DNA from: Myxococcota bacterium
GTDB lineage: Bacteria; Myxococcota_A; UBA9160; UBA6930
Direction: 5' to 3'
Assembly: GCA_965223705.1 (NCBI GenBank)
Contig: OZ245015.1
Coordinates: 64,001 to 128,000 of the forward strand
DNA length: 64,000 nt
The position numbers were made by a program, and so were the translations under genes. The stretch's first letter is position 1, and each line of letters opens with the position of its first letter. Shown one piece after another: positions 9,169 to 18,331 of the stretch. The notes under the pieces were generated by a model, which worked only from the letters and a program-made list of their open reading frames with translations, was not told where the DNA came from and did not search any database.

Positions 9169-10389
9169 CGGGGGGCGCCGAACTCTCTGGTTCGGGGTGT
9201 AGGCCTCCATGACTTTCCCGCCGGCGAGGGTCAGGGTGCTCCTCGGGAGCAAGCGCGCGCCGAGGTTCGCCCGCGTCCAGTTCCACCAGCCGCAGGTGAC
9301 GGAAGGCTGCTGACCCAACGCGTCGAACGCATCCTCCACGACGCTCGCCGGAGCCGCCCCCGGGTGGTCCAACTGATCGGCCCGTTCAGAGAACTCCGTC
9401 CGCGTCGCGCCGGGCAACACGGAGAGCACGTCGACGCCCGTGCCTGCGAGTTCGGCCCACAGCGCTTCCCCGAGGAGATTGTCGAACGCTTTGCTCGCCG
9501 CGTAGAGGGCGTGTAGGGGGAGCGGCTGAACACCCGCCACCGAGCCCAAGAACAACACGGCGCCCCGGCCGCGCTCGAGCATCGGAGTGACGAAATGCGA
9601 CGTCAGCAGCACCGGCGCGAGACAATTGACCTTCACGAGATCCGCGAGTCGGTCGGTCTCCTGGGCATCGAAGCGCCCCGCGTAGCCGACGCCGGCGTTG
9701 TTCACGAGGACGCCGATTTCGAGATCGGCGACCGACGTGAGAACGCGCGCGGTGTCTTCCTCGCGGGTGAGGTCTGCGGTGACGATTCGCGTCTCGACGC
9801 CGAAACTTCCCTCGAGCTCCGTCGCGAGCGCCCGAAGCTTGTCCTCTCGCCGCGCGACGAGTACGCACGGGAGCCCTTCTCGCGCGAGCGCTCGTGCGAA
9901 CTCCGCGCCGATGCCCGCTGATGCGCCCGTGATGAGGGCCCACCCTCCGTAGCGATCGCCCAGCCGTTGCCGAGGTGCCTCGAACCGAGGCTGGGCGCGC
10001 CACAGCGCGACGGTCGGGATGACGAAAGCTCCGCCGGCCAAGGCGCCCAAGAAGAATCGGCCCGGTCCCTCGCCGTAGAGAACGGGCCAGACGGCCATCG
10101 AGATCGCAACTTGCGCCGTGTACACCGCTGCCCACGGCCACATCCAGGATTTCATTCGCCAGAAACCCCACGCGCCGAGCGCGTAGATCAAACCGTGGGG
10201 AACGGCGAGCCATTTGGCGGTCACCCCGTGGAAGAGAACGCCGAACCACACTTCTTCGTCCATGTGGACGGGCTTGACGAACAAATCCCAGGGCACGTAG
10301 ATCAAGGCCATGTAGGCGCAAAAAAGCATCAGGAGGTTCATCCACGTCGGCCGCTTTGCGGCTTGAGCGCGCAACCAATCGAGCAACAC
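9151..10389 (-). CDS. SDR oxidoreductase fused to N-terminal multi-TM domain
   Basis: About 135 aa hydrophobic N-terminus, then ITGASAGIG, VNNAG, YAASK. Confidence 0.85.
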   Translation of the reverse strand: MLLDWLRAQAAKRPTWMNLLMLFCAYMALIYVPWDLFVKPVHMDEEVWFGVLFHGVTAKWLAVPHGLIYALGAWGFWRMKSWMWPWAAVYTAQVAISMAVWPVLYGEGPGRFFLGALAGGAFVIPTVALWRAQPRFEAPRQRLGDRYGGWALITGASAGIGAEFARALAREGLPCVLVARREDKLRALATELEGSFGVETRIVTADLTREEDTARVLTSVADLEIGVLVNNAGVGYAGRFDAQETDRLADLVKVNCLAPVLLTSHFVTPMLERGRGAVLFLGSVAGVQPLPLHALYAASKAFDNLLGEALWAELAGTGVDVLSVLPGATRTEFSERADQLDHPGAAPASVVEDAFDALGQQPSVTCGWWNWTRANLGARLLPRSTLTLAGGKVMEAYTPNQRVRRPPLGRDT

Positions 10390-10432
10390 GAGCCTCCTGG
10401 GGAATCGACCGCGACGCGGTCCCGGCGAAGCG

Positions 10433-11467
10433 TTAGCGCGGACGCTCCCAAGTGTCGACGCGACAGCCGAGCTTCCGAAGTCGCTCCTTCGCCGCGTCGG
10501 CGTCGATCAAGGCCTCGAACGGAATCCAACCGGCGCTGGGCGTGCCCGGCTCCGCGAGTCGCTCGAGCGCCCATACCGGCGGCGATGCGGGAACGTTCAA
10601 GCCGTCGCGATCGGCGCGCACTTCGAGGCTCGCGACGCATCCTCCTGCCGCGTCCCGCGCGTCGAGCGCCAGACGTCCGACGCGGCCTCCAAAGGGTCGG
10701 CCCGCGTTTGCCGCGAGGCTCCCGATACGGCTCAAGAAGTGCAGTCGAGAATCGGCGATGCGCGGGAGCCAGCTCGCCGCCCGTCGCAACACGTGTGCGA
10801 GCAGTGCGCGGTCGAAGCCCGCGTAGAAGCGAAGTGGAAGGTCTCGCTCACCGACCCGAACCCGAGAGCCTCGCCGCGGGAAGGGATAGCGCCCGTAAGC
10901 GAGCGTAGTGCCCTCCGCGGCGTCGCGACGGAAGACGCGCGAGAAGGCGCGCTCTCCGTCGGGAAGTGTCTCACCGAGCGGGCGGAGCAAACCGAACAGC
11001 AGCGCTGGCGTCGCGGGATTGTCGGTTCCGATCGACAGCCATGCGTCGATGCTCTCAACACCGGGCGTGGCGAGGAACTCGCCCGCGAGGGATGCGAGCA
11101 ACCCGGGCGATGTCGAAGCCCCGCACACCACGGCCACCCCCGCGCCGGCTGCATCGTACTTCCGGGAAGCTTCTTCGGCTTCTTCGACATAGCGAGGGAG
11201 CTCTGCGAGATCGACGTAGTGGCACCGCGCCTCGGCGCAGGCTCGAAGGATCGGGGATGGATCGTAGTCGTAGGGGCCGACGGCGTTCACCAGGGCGTCG
11301 AAGCCTTCGAGGCGGCCCGCGAGTCCGTCCGCGTGTAGGTCCAACCGCTCGCCTCCGCGGCCTCGACGTGAGGCCGGTACGACGTCGAGCGTCGGCGCGA
11401 GGCGCTTGCACAGGGCCCGTACCCGGCCTCCGAGAGCGCCGTGGCCCCCTGCGATCACCACCTTCAC
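10433..11467 (-). CDS. Saccharopine dehydrogenase-like NAD(P)-binding oxidoreductase
   Basis: GGHGALG, VNAVGPY, CHYVDL. Confidence 0.78.
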   Translation of the reverse strand: MKVVIAGGHGALGGRVRALCKRLAPTLDVVPASRRGRGGERLDLHADGLAGRLEGFDALVNAVGPYDYDPSPILRACAEARCHYVDLAELPRYVEEAEEASRKYDAAGAGVAVVCGASTSPGLLASLAGEFLATPGVESIDAWLSIGTDNPATPALLFGLLRPLGETLPDGERAFSRVFRRDAAEGTTLAYGRYPFPRRGSRVRVGERDLPLRFYAGFDRALLAHVLRRAASWLPRIADSRLHFLSRIGSLAANAGRPFGGRVGRLALDARDAAGGCVASLEVRADRDGLNVPASPPVWALERLAEPGTPSAGWIPFEALIDADAAKERLRKLGCRVDTWERPR

Positions 11468-12330
11468 TACGGAGTGTCGCTCGTCTCCGGCTCAGGTGAC
11501 GCCGGCGCCCCATCGGGCGCTTCTTCCGCACTTCCGTCATCGACCGGAAGCTCGAGAGGACAATCGCGGAAGCTCGCGCAGCCGATGAAGCGGTGTGCGC
11601 TGTGATAGGCCAGGTAGTGTTCTCGGACGCGATCGGCCGTCGACGCCACCGGGTTCTCTTCGAACTGGCCTTCCAGCACGGCTTTCACCGTGGTCGCCCA
11701 AGGCGAGGGAGGAATCGTCGCGTACGTGATGCCGGCCGCCATCAACATCACCCGCTGCTGCAGCGCGTACCCCGGCTGGGCCAGCGCCGGCAAGTACGGA
11801 TTCGCGACACCGGCTCGCGCATCGGGGATTTCTTCCTCCAACGTGTAGCTGTGGTCGGGCAACCAGGTCGTGTCGCGCGCATCGGAGAACGAAACCGCGA
11901 CAGCGACCGCGAACGCCGGAACGAGCGCGGCATAGAGCCCGGGGTGCGGAGGCTTCGTCAGCCAGGAGAACGCGACGACGGCGATCACGTGGAGCAGCGC
12001 AACCGCACACAGAAAGACGGGATAGACCGCCACCGGAAGTCCGGTCCCGAGTTGCATCCACTCACCGATGCTCGCGACGTGGCCCGAGAACACCATGATC
12101 GGGAAGTACGCGATCCGCCAGACCACGAGCGCACCGACGGCCAGCACGATCTGAGCGATCACGGACTTGAAGCGCTGCGCGGCGAGGGCGACACCCAGCG
12201 CGGTTCCGCCCAACGATGCGAGCTGAAGCGCCGCGAAGAGTTGTGTCTGCCCGAGGCTCTCCGCTTGATCGATCGCGCTGCCCCAAAAGGAGAGCACCAC
12301 CAGGAACAGCAGGAGCAAGCCGACGCGCAC
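11467..12330 (-). CDS. Hypothetical integral membrane protein
   Basis: Several hydrophobic helices; packed between operon genes; GTG start inferred. Confidence 0.65.
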   Translation of the reverse strand: MRVGLLLLFLVVLSFWGSAIDQAESLGQTQLFAALQLASLGGTALGVALAAQRFKSVIAQIVLAVGALVVWRIAYFPIMVFSGHVASIGEWMQLGTGLPVAVYPVFLCAVALLHVIAVVAFSWLTKPPHPGLYAALVPAFAVAVAVSFSDARDTTWLPDHSYTLEEEIPDARAGVANPYLPALAQPGYALQQRVMLMAAGITYATIPPSPWATTVKAVLEGQFEENPVASTADRVREHYLAYHSAHRFIGCASFRDCPLELPVDDGSAEEAPDGAPASPEPETSDTP

Positions 12331-12331
12331 T

Positions 12332-13129
12332 CTAGAACACCAGCTTGCTGCGCAGTTCCGGCGCGACACCGTCGAGGCGAGCCGACAACTCGCCGAGCTT
12401 GCAGGTGGGGACCGTCGGGAAGAGATGATGCTCGACGTGATAGAACATGTCGTAGGTCACGAACGACTTCAGCGGGTTCCGAATCGTCCGCGCGATGTAG
12501 TGCGAGCGATCGCAATCGTGGTGCACGGTCCACACGGCGAAGAACGCGGAGAAGCACTGGCCGACGGTCATCGCGATCACGTGGTATTTGAGAAAGGGCA
12601 GGTCGAGGACAAAAAACGCCAACACGACCATGCCGACCATCGAAGCCAGCTCGAAATGGATCCAGCGCCGTACGCGCGCGTTCCCTTTCTTGAGCGCGGT
12701 CGCGTGCAACATGATCGGGAACTGGGGCCCGGTGAGAAGCGCCTTCCAGCCCGGCATCAACGCACTTCGCGCTTCGACATCTTCTTCGTCCATGCAGTGG
12801 CGGTGATGCCGCAGGTGGTTCCACTGCACGGCGTGCATCGAACTCATCATCAACGGGCTCAGAACAAACATCAGCCACTCGTGCGCGCGCGGCGAGACGC
12901 CGCAGGCGTAGTGGTACGCGCCGTGGACTTGGCGCAACCCGCACAAGAAGAACATGAACGAAGCCGCAAGGGCGGGGAGGTACCAGCCGATATGGGCGAG
13001 GGCCAGCGAAACAACGAGCCAGGGCAGGTAGATCAGAACCTCCCGCACGACCTCGCCGCGCGTCATCTGACACAGGTCCTTCCACTCGATTTCCGAGAGT
13101 CGGGGATCGCGCAGGATCTCGAGAGCCAT
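12332..13129 (-). CDS. Membrane fatty acid desaturase family protein
   Basis: Three His boxes HGAYH, HLRHH, HVEHH. Confidence 0.88.
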   Translation of the reverse strand: MALEILRDPRLSEIEWKDLCQMTRGEVVREVLIYLPWLVVSLALAHIGWYLPALAASFMFFLCGLRQVHGAYHYACGVSPRAHEWLMFVLSPLMMSSMHAVQWNHLRHHRHCMDEEDVEARSALMPGWKALLTGPQFPIMLHATALKKGNARVRRWIHFELASMVGMVVLAFFVLDLPFLKYHVIAMTVGQCFSAFFAVWTVHHDCDRSHYIARTIRNPLKSFVTYDMFYHVEHHLFPTVPTCKLGELSARLDGVAPELRSKLVF

Positions 13130-13202
13130 GGTGCCGCGGTACTCCGCTCGCGCGAGTGGGCACGCTCGGTCAGGTTCGCTCGGCGAGCCGCCTTGCCCGG
13201 TT

Positions 13203-13958
13203 CTAGACCGGGTAGTGAGGTCGCGTCTGAGCGTCTAGGGCGCTCGGGCGAGCCACGCGGGCGTGAGGTTCCCTCACACGCGAAGCCGCCGTCGGGCCGA
13301 CCGGCGCTGTCCCGGCACTGACGTCGCGCGGCGGCGAGCTCACCATGCGGGTCCGAGACCCGCGGAGTGTAGAAGTGTTGGTCTGCTGACGCACGGTGGC
13401 CCCGGTGGCGGTCTGCTGACGCACGGTGGCCCCGGTGGCCGGCCGGTGCCGGCCCAGCACCTCGAGGTAGTAGCGAAGGCGGAAGTTTCGGGTGTTGCGA
13501 TCGATGGCCACGCGAAGCTTGAGCCGTCGGGTCCCTCGGAACTTCGGTACCCCCGGACACGGGCGAAAGCTCCCGTTTCGCCAGACCGAGGTCGCCAGAA
13601 CCTCCCCCACGACGCGATCGAGTTCAGGTCGGGACGGTCGGGCGCCCGGCGCGACCAAGGCAAGGTCTGCGACGCTCCAGCGCGCGGTCTGATCGCGCGG
13701 GGCCACGGCCAGCTCGATATCGTAGGCCGCGCGACGCGCGTCCGAGAGTTTCGGCAGCGGGCGAACCGCCACTTCGCGCAGTACCGCCCCTCGCAGTGCG
13801 GCGCTCCGCCGCAGCAAGGGGCCCAAGTAGAGCTTTCGAAACAACGACCGGCGAGCGATCGACGCGCCCAGCCAACAGAAGCCGGTCACCGCGCTGTCGA
13901 GCAAAAATCTGGGCGCGCCGAGGACGTGCCAGCAAAACGATCGTCTGCGGGTGGCCAT
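13203..13958 (-). CDS. Hypothetical protein (C-terminus doubtful, contains 10-aa duplication)
   Basis: Best protein-like ORF filling the gap; no family recognised. Confidence 0.45.
   Translation of the reverse strand: MATRRRSFCWHVLGAPRFLLDSAVTGFCWLGASIARRSLFRKLYLGPLLRRSAALRGAVLREVAVRPLPKLSDARRAAYDIELAVAPRDQTARWSVADLALVAPGARPSRPELDRVVGEVLATSVWRNGSFRPCPGVPKFRGTRRLKLRVAIDRNTRNFRLRYYLEVLGRHRPATGATVRQQTATGATVRQQTNTSTLRGSRTRMVSSPPRDVSAGTAPVGPTAASRVREPHARVARPSALDAQTRPHYPV
13380..13439. repeat. Perfect 30-bp tandem duplication
   Basis: GGTCTGCTGACGCACGGTGGCCCCGGTGGC x2. Confidence 0.95.
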
Positions 13959-14013
13959 GGCCGGTACATCGACCCGATGACCCTCGGTCTTGATGCGGGC
14001 GGGACGTGTCCGT

Positions 14014-14496
14014 CTAGAGCTTTGCGACGCTGTCGAAGGCTCGGACCACCTCGGGCGGCGCCTGCACCAACTCGATCAGAACGCCCTCGCCTCCAATCGG
14101 CGCTGCCTCGTTTCCCTTGGGGTGGATGAAACACACGTCAAATCCTGCGGCGCCCTTGCGAATGCCCCCGGGCGTGAAGCGCATGCCCTGTGCGGTAAGC
14201 CAGTCCACCGCGGCGTGGAGGTCGTCGATCCAGAGACCCACGTGGTTCAGGGCGGGATCGTGGACCTTGGGCTTTGCATCGGGGTCGATGGGCTGCATCA
14301 GATCGACTTCGACTTTCAAGGGGCCGCTGCCGGCGACGGCGATGTCCTCGTCCACGTTCTCGGATTCGCTCCGAAAATTGCCGTGGAGCTCGAGGCCCAA
14401 AGTATCGACCCAGAGCCGCCGCAGACCCTCCTTGTCCGCGGCGCCAACCGCGATCTGCTGAATTCCCAAGACGCGAAACGGGCGCTCGCCACTCAT
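14014..14496 (-). CDS. VOC family protein (methylmalonyl-CoA epimerase/glyoxalase-like)
   Basis: [32 protein letters not shown]. Confidence 0.85.
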   Translation of the reverse strand: MSGERPFRVLGIQQIAVGAADKEGLRRLWVDTLGLELHGNFRSESENVDEDIAVAGSGPLKVEVDLMQPIDPDAKPKVHDPALNHVGLWIDDLHAAVDWLTAQGMRFTPGGIRKGAAGFDVCFIHPKGNEAAPIGGEGVLIELVQAPPEVVRAFDSVAKL

Positions 14497-14548
14497 CCGG
14501 AACCTCCTCGGCCCCGGAATGTACTCGAACCCGGTACCCTCCGGCGCG

Positions 14549-15934
14549 ATGCCCGCCGAACCCACTCCTCCGACGACTCCCGCCACGGAATGGAAGGGTG
14601 CGGTGTTCTTCCGCTCCCTGGGTTGCCCGAAGAACCAGCTCGATACCGAAATCATGCTCGGGTCCCTCGCCGCTGCGGGCTACGGAATCGCCGAGCGGAT
14701 CGAAGACGCGGAAATCGCGGTGATCAACACGTGTTCGTTCATCGAGAGCGCGCGCGAAGAGTCGGTCGAGGCGATCCTCGAAGTCGCGGACTTGCGAGAT
14801 GAGGGATCGCTGCGTTCTCTGATTGTCGCCGGCTGCCTCCCCCAGCGTTACGGGGCCGAACTCGCAAAAGAACTGCCCGAGGTCGACGCCTTCATCGGAA
14901 CCGCTGCGTTCCGGGACATCGCTTCAATCCTCGATGAAGCCCTCGCCGGCAACTCTCGCGGAGTCTACGTCGAAGCGGGCCGCACCCACCTCTACGACGA
15001 GAGCGCGCCGCGGGTGCTCTTGGGCGCCGGGCACTCGGCGTACATCAAGATCGCCGAAGGTTGCGATCGCGTCTGCGCCTTCTGCGCGATTCCCGGAATC
15101 CGCGGCGCTTTCCAGAGCCGGAGCCTCGATTCCGTGGTCGCCGAAGCGCGTCAGCTCGCCGAACGCGGCGTTCGGGAGATCAATCTCGTCGCGCAAGATT
15201 CGACGTCGTGGGGCAAAGATTTACCGGCGGTTCCGCAACGCGGCCGGTCGCGCCTCGCCGACTTGCTGCGCGCGCTCGACGACGTACCGGGGCCGGAATG
15301 GATTCGGCTCCTCTACGTCTACCCCACGGCCGTCGATGACGCGCTGATCGACGCGCTCGGCCACGGTCAGCGCGTCTTGCCCTACGTGGATATCCCCCTT
15401 CAGCATGGAAGCGATGCGATGCTTCGGGCGATGCGTCGCGGGACGACGGCAGCGCGGCAACGCGACCTCGTCGCGAAGCTCCGCGACCGGATCCCGGGTT
15501 TGACCCTGCGGACGACGGTCATCGTCGGTTTCCCGGGCGAAACGGATCGCGATTTCGAAGAGCTTCTCGCCTTCGTCGAAGAAAGCCAGTTCGATCGACT
15601 CGGTGTGTTTCGCTATTCGGACGAAGAAGGTACCGCCGCCGAACGTCTCCCGAACAAGGTGCCGCGCGCCGTGGCGCGCGAGCGCTATCGCCGTCTCACC
15701 GCGTGCCAGCAAGACATCATGAAACGCCGGTTGTCGACGGAAGTCGGCCGGCAAGACCTGGTGTTGGTCGATTCCGTGCTCGGCCGCGAACGCGCGATCG
15801 GGCGGTTGGCGTCTCAGGCGCCCGAGATCGACGGCGTCGTGCACCTGACAACGAAGACGACGGCACAAGTCGGCGAACTCCGACCGGTCCGCATCACAGG
15901 TGTCCGCGACGTCGATCTCGTAGCCTCTGGCTAG
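14549..15934 (+). CDS. rimO: Ribosomal protein S12 methylthiotransferase
   Basis: SLGCPKN, NTCSFI, GCLPQRY, radical [21 protein letters not shown] domain; start could be 14519. Confidence 0.95.
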   Translation: MPAEPTPPTTPATEWKGAVFFRSLGCPKNQLDTEIMLGSLAAAGYGIAERIEDAEIAVINTCSFIESAREESVEAILEVADLRDEGSLRSLIVAGCLPQRYGAELAKELPEVDAFIGTAAFRDIASILDEALAGNSRGVYVEAGRTHLYDESAPRVLLGAGHSAYIKIAEGCDRVCAFCAIPGIRGAFQSRSLDSVVAEARQLAERGVREINLVAQDSTSWGKDLPAVPQRGRSRLADLLRALDDVPGPEWIRLLYVYPTAVDDALIDALGHGQRVLPYVDIPLQHGSDAMLRAMRRGTTAARQRDLVAKLRDRIPGLTLRTTVIVGFPGETDRDFEELLAFVEESQFDRLGVFRYSDEEGTAAERLPNKVPRAVARERYRRLTACQQDIMKRRLSTEVGRQDLVLVDSVLGRERAIGRLASQAPEIDGVVHLTTKTTAQVGELRPVRITGVRDVDLVASG

Positions 15935-16560
15935 CCGCGCTCGCCGCCGGTGAAGCCGCGCGCCAATAAATACCGCTCGGACGATCCTTTCCGCGTGGCG
16001 CGGACATTGACCACCTTGCAAGAACTGAAGCTCGCTTGTAGCGATTTGCGGATGCCCTCCGCTTCCGGACAGTCGAGCAGCTTGAGGAGCAAGTCGCCGC
16101 CCGGACAGAGGACGAGCGGCACAAGCGCGGTGATGCTTTGCAAGAGCGCTTCTTCCCGCGCGCGGTCGGTGGCGCGGACGCCGGTGGTCTTCGGCGCGGC
16201 GTCGGACAACACGACCTGCGCGGCCCCTCCCAGGGCCTCTCGCAACCTCGCGGGTGTCTCCGGCGCTGCGAGATCTCCCACCAGCGTTGTGACCTGCGTT
16301 TCCTCGAGAGGCGGCTCGACTTCCGCCTGATCGATACCCACGACCCTGCCGCGAGCCCCGACAACCCGCGCGGCGATCTGGAGCCAACCGCCGGGCCAGC
16401 AACCGAGGTCGAGCACGCGCTGTCCCGGTCGGAGCAGGCGACGCGTTTTCTGGATCTCTTCGAGCTTGTAGGCCGCGCGAGAGCGATAACCCTCGCGCTT
16501 CGCGCGCTGATGAAACGCGTCTTTGCGGTTGTAACCCGCGGGTTTACCGTGCCGCGACAG
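15931..16560 (-). CDS. rlmE: 23S rRNA 2'-O-methyltransferase RlmE/FtsJ family
   Basis: D.F..RAKREGYRSRAAYKL, VLDLGCWPGGW, LSDAAP, SSERY; conserved N-terminus lies upstream of first GTG (16416), CTG start inferred. Confidence 0.9.
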   Translation of the reverse strand: MSRHGKPAGYNRKDAFHQRAKREGYRSRAAYKLEEIQKTRRLLRPGQRVLDLGCWPGGWLQIAARVVGARGRVVGIDQAEVEPPLEETQVTTLVGDLAAPETPARLREALGGAAQVVLSDAAPKTTGVRATDRAREEALLQSITALVPLVLCPGGDLLLKLLDCPEAEGIRKSLQASFSSCKVVNVRATRKGSSERYLLARGFTGGERG

Positions 16561-16597
16561 CGGCTTGCGGCCTGCGGCTACCGTGCCGCGACAGCGG
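16545..16597. repeat. 19-bp direct repeat at rplC/rlmE junction
   Basis: TACCGTGCCGCGACAGCGG at 16545-16563 and 16579-16597. Confidence 0.92.
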
Positions 16598-17219
16598 AAC
16601 GAACGCAGACGAGGCCGTTCGGGTGGCCCGGAACCGCCCCGCGGACGAGGAGCAGATTGCGGTCCGCCTCGACAGCGACGATTTCCAGGTTGCGCACGGT
16701 CACTTGGCTCGCGCCCATGCGACCGAACATGCCCATCCCTTTGATGACCTTGCCCGGGTAGGCGCCGGCGCCGATGGAACCGCCGTGGCGAAACGACTCG
16801 TGCGTTCCATGGGTCTTGCGTTTCACCGCGAAGTTATGCCGTTTGACCGTGCCCGCCGTTCCGCGGCCCCGCGACGTGCCGATGGCGTCGATCTTCTGAC
16901 CGGGCGAAAAGACATCGGCGGTGATCTCTTGGCCGACCTCGTAGCCCGACAGCTCGTCCTCCGAAACGCGGCACTCGCGTACGAATCGCTTCGGCGACGT
17001 GCCAGCTTTTTCGAAGTGACCGAGCTGACCTTTGCCGAGGGTCTTGGCGCGCCGTTCCCCGAAACCCAACTGGACGGCGTTGTAGCCGTCTTTGTCGGCG
17101 GTCTTGGTCTGTAGCACCGTGTTCGGTCCTGCTTCGAGGACCGTGACCGGAATGCTTTGCCCATCTTCGCTGTAGTAACGGGTCATGCCGACCTTGCGGC
17201 AGAGGAGTTCGATCGCCAC
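16578..17219 (-). CDS. rplC: 50S ribosomal protein L3
   Basis: KVGMT, PVTVL, DGYNAVQLG, KRHNF, THG, GSIG, GAVPG. Confidence 0.96.
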   Translation of the reverse strand: MAIELLCRKVGMTRYYSEDGQSIPVTVLEAGPNTVLQTKTADKDGYNAVQLGFGERRAKTLGKGQLGHFEKAGTSPKRFVRECRVSEDELSGYEVGQEITADVFSPGQKIDAIGTSRGRGTAGTVKRHNFAVKRKTHGTHESFRHGGSIGAGAYPGKVIKGMGMFGRMGASQVTVRNLEIVAVEADRNLLLVRGAVPGHPNGLVCVRSAVAAR

Positions 17220-17307
17220 GCTTCTCTCCGACGTTGCGACGCGCTGAGGCGACGCGGACGGCAGGTGTTGCCTTGAGGACCCGCGAGGGTAGGAGGAATC
17301 CAGGAAC

Positions 17308-18312
17308 GTGTCGAGTCATCGTGTAACCCTGATCCAGGGCGACGGAATCGGGCCCGAAGTCACCGGGGCCGCGGTCCAGGTACTCGAGGCCGCAGGCGTC
17401 CGCATCGAATGGGAATCCGTCGAAGCCGGCGCCGAGGTGGTCTCCAAATACGGGACTCCGGTCCCCGATACCGTCCTGAACTCGATTCGGGGGACGGAGG
17501 CGACCCTGAAAGGCCCCATCGGAACCCCCATCGGCGGCGGCTTCCGCAGCGCGAACGTCCACCTCCGCCAGGCCCTCGATCTGTACGCCTGCGTCCGGCC
17601 CGTGAAGAACATCGTCGGCGTCCCGAGCCGGTACGACAATGTCGACCTGGTCGTGGTTCGAGAGAACACCGAAGGCCTGTATTCCGGGCTCGAGCATCGC
17701 GTGGCGCCGGGGATCGTCGAGAGCTTGAAGATCGTGACAGAGAAAGCGTGCCTGCGAATCGCTCGCTACGCGTTCGAGCTCGCACGGCGCGAAAAACGAG
17801 CGGAGGTCTGTGCCGTCCACAAGGCGAACATCATGAAGCTGTCCGACGGCCTCTTTCTCGAGTGCACCCGCCGGGTCGCGAAAGATTTCCCGGATGTGGA
17901 ATACCGCGAGATGATCATTGACGCTTGCGCGATGCAACTCGTTCGAAACCCACAACAGTTTTCCGTCCTCGTGCTGGAGAACCTCTACGGCGACATCATG
18001 TCCGACTTGTGCGCGGGCCTCGTGGGCGGGCTCGGTGTCGTGCCCGGGTCCAACATGGGGGAAGACTGCGCGGTGTTCGAGGCCGTGCACGGCAGCGCGC
18101 CGGATATCGCAGGACGCGGATTGGCGAACCCGACGGCGGTCATCCTGTCCGGAGTCCAGATGCTTCACTTCCTCGGCGAAAGCGATGCGGCGACGCGCGT
18201 CGAGAAAGCGGTCCACGCCGCACTGGCCAAACCGGAAAACCGCACCCGCGACATCGGCGGCGAAGCCGACTTGCGCGGGATTACGGACGGCATCATCGCC
18301 GAGCTGACCTAG
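17308..18312 (+). CDS. Isocitrate dehydrogenase, NAD-type (IDH/IPMDH family)
   Basis: GDGIGPEV, FRSANVHLR, RENTEGLY, HKANIMK, NLYGDIMSD, FEAVHGSAPDIAG. Confidence 0.88.
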   Translation: MSSHRVTLIQGDGIGPEVTGAAVQVLEAAGVRIEWESVEAGAEVVSKYGTPVPDTVLNSIRGTEATLKGPIGTPIGGGFRSANVHLRQALDLYACVRPVKNIVGVPSRYDNVDLVVVRENTEGLYSGLEHRVAPGIVESLKIVTEKACLRIARYAFELARREKRAEVCAVHKANIMKLSDGLFLECTRRVAKDFPDVEYREMIIDACAMQLVRNPQQFSVLVLENLYGDIMSDLCAGLVGGLGVVPGSNMGEDCAVFEAVHGSAPDIAGRGLANPTAVILSGVQMLHFLGESDAATRVEKAVHAALAKPENRTRDIGGEADLRGITDGIIAELT

Positions 18313-18331
18313 AGACGGGGCGACCCTCCCG

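Noticed and set aside
13380..13439. 30-bp repeat as a CRISPR array
   Set aside because: Only two abutting copies, no spacer, no cas genes
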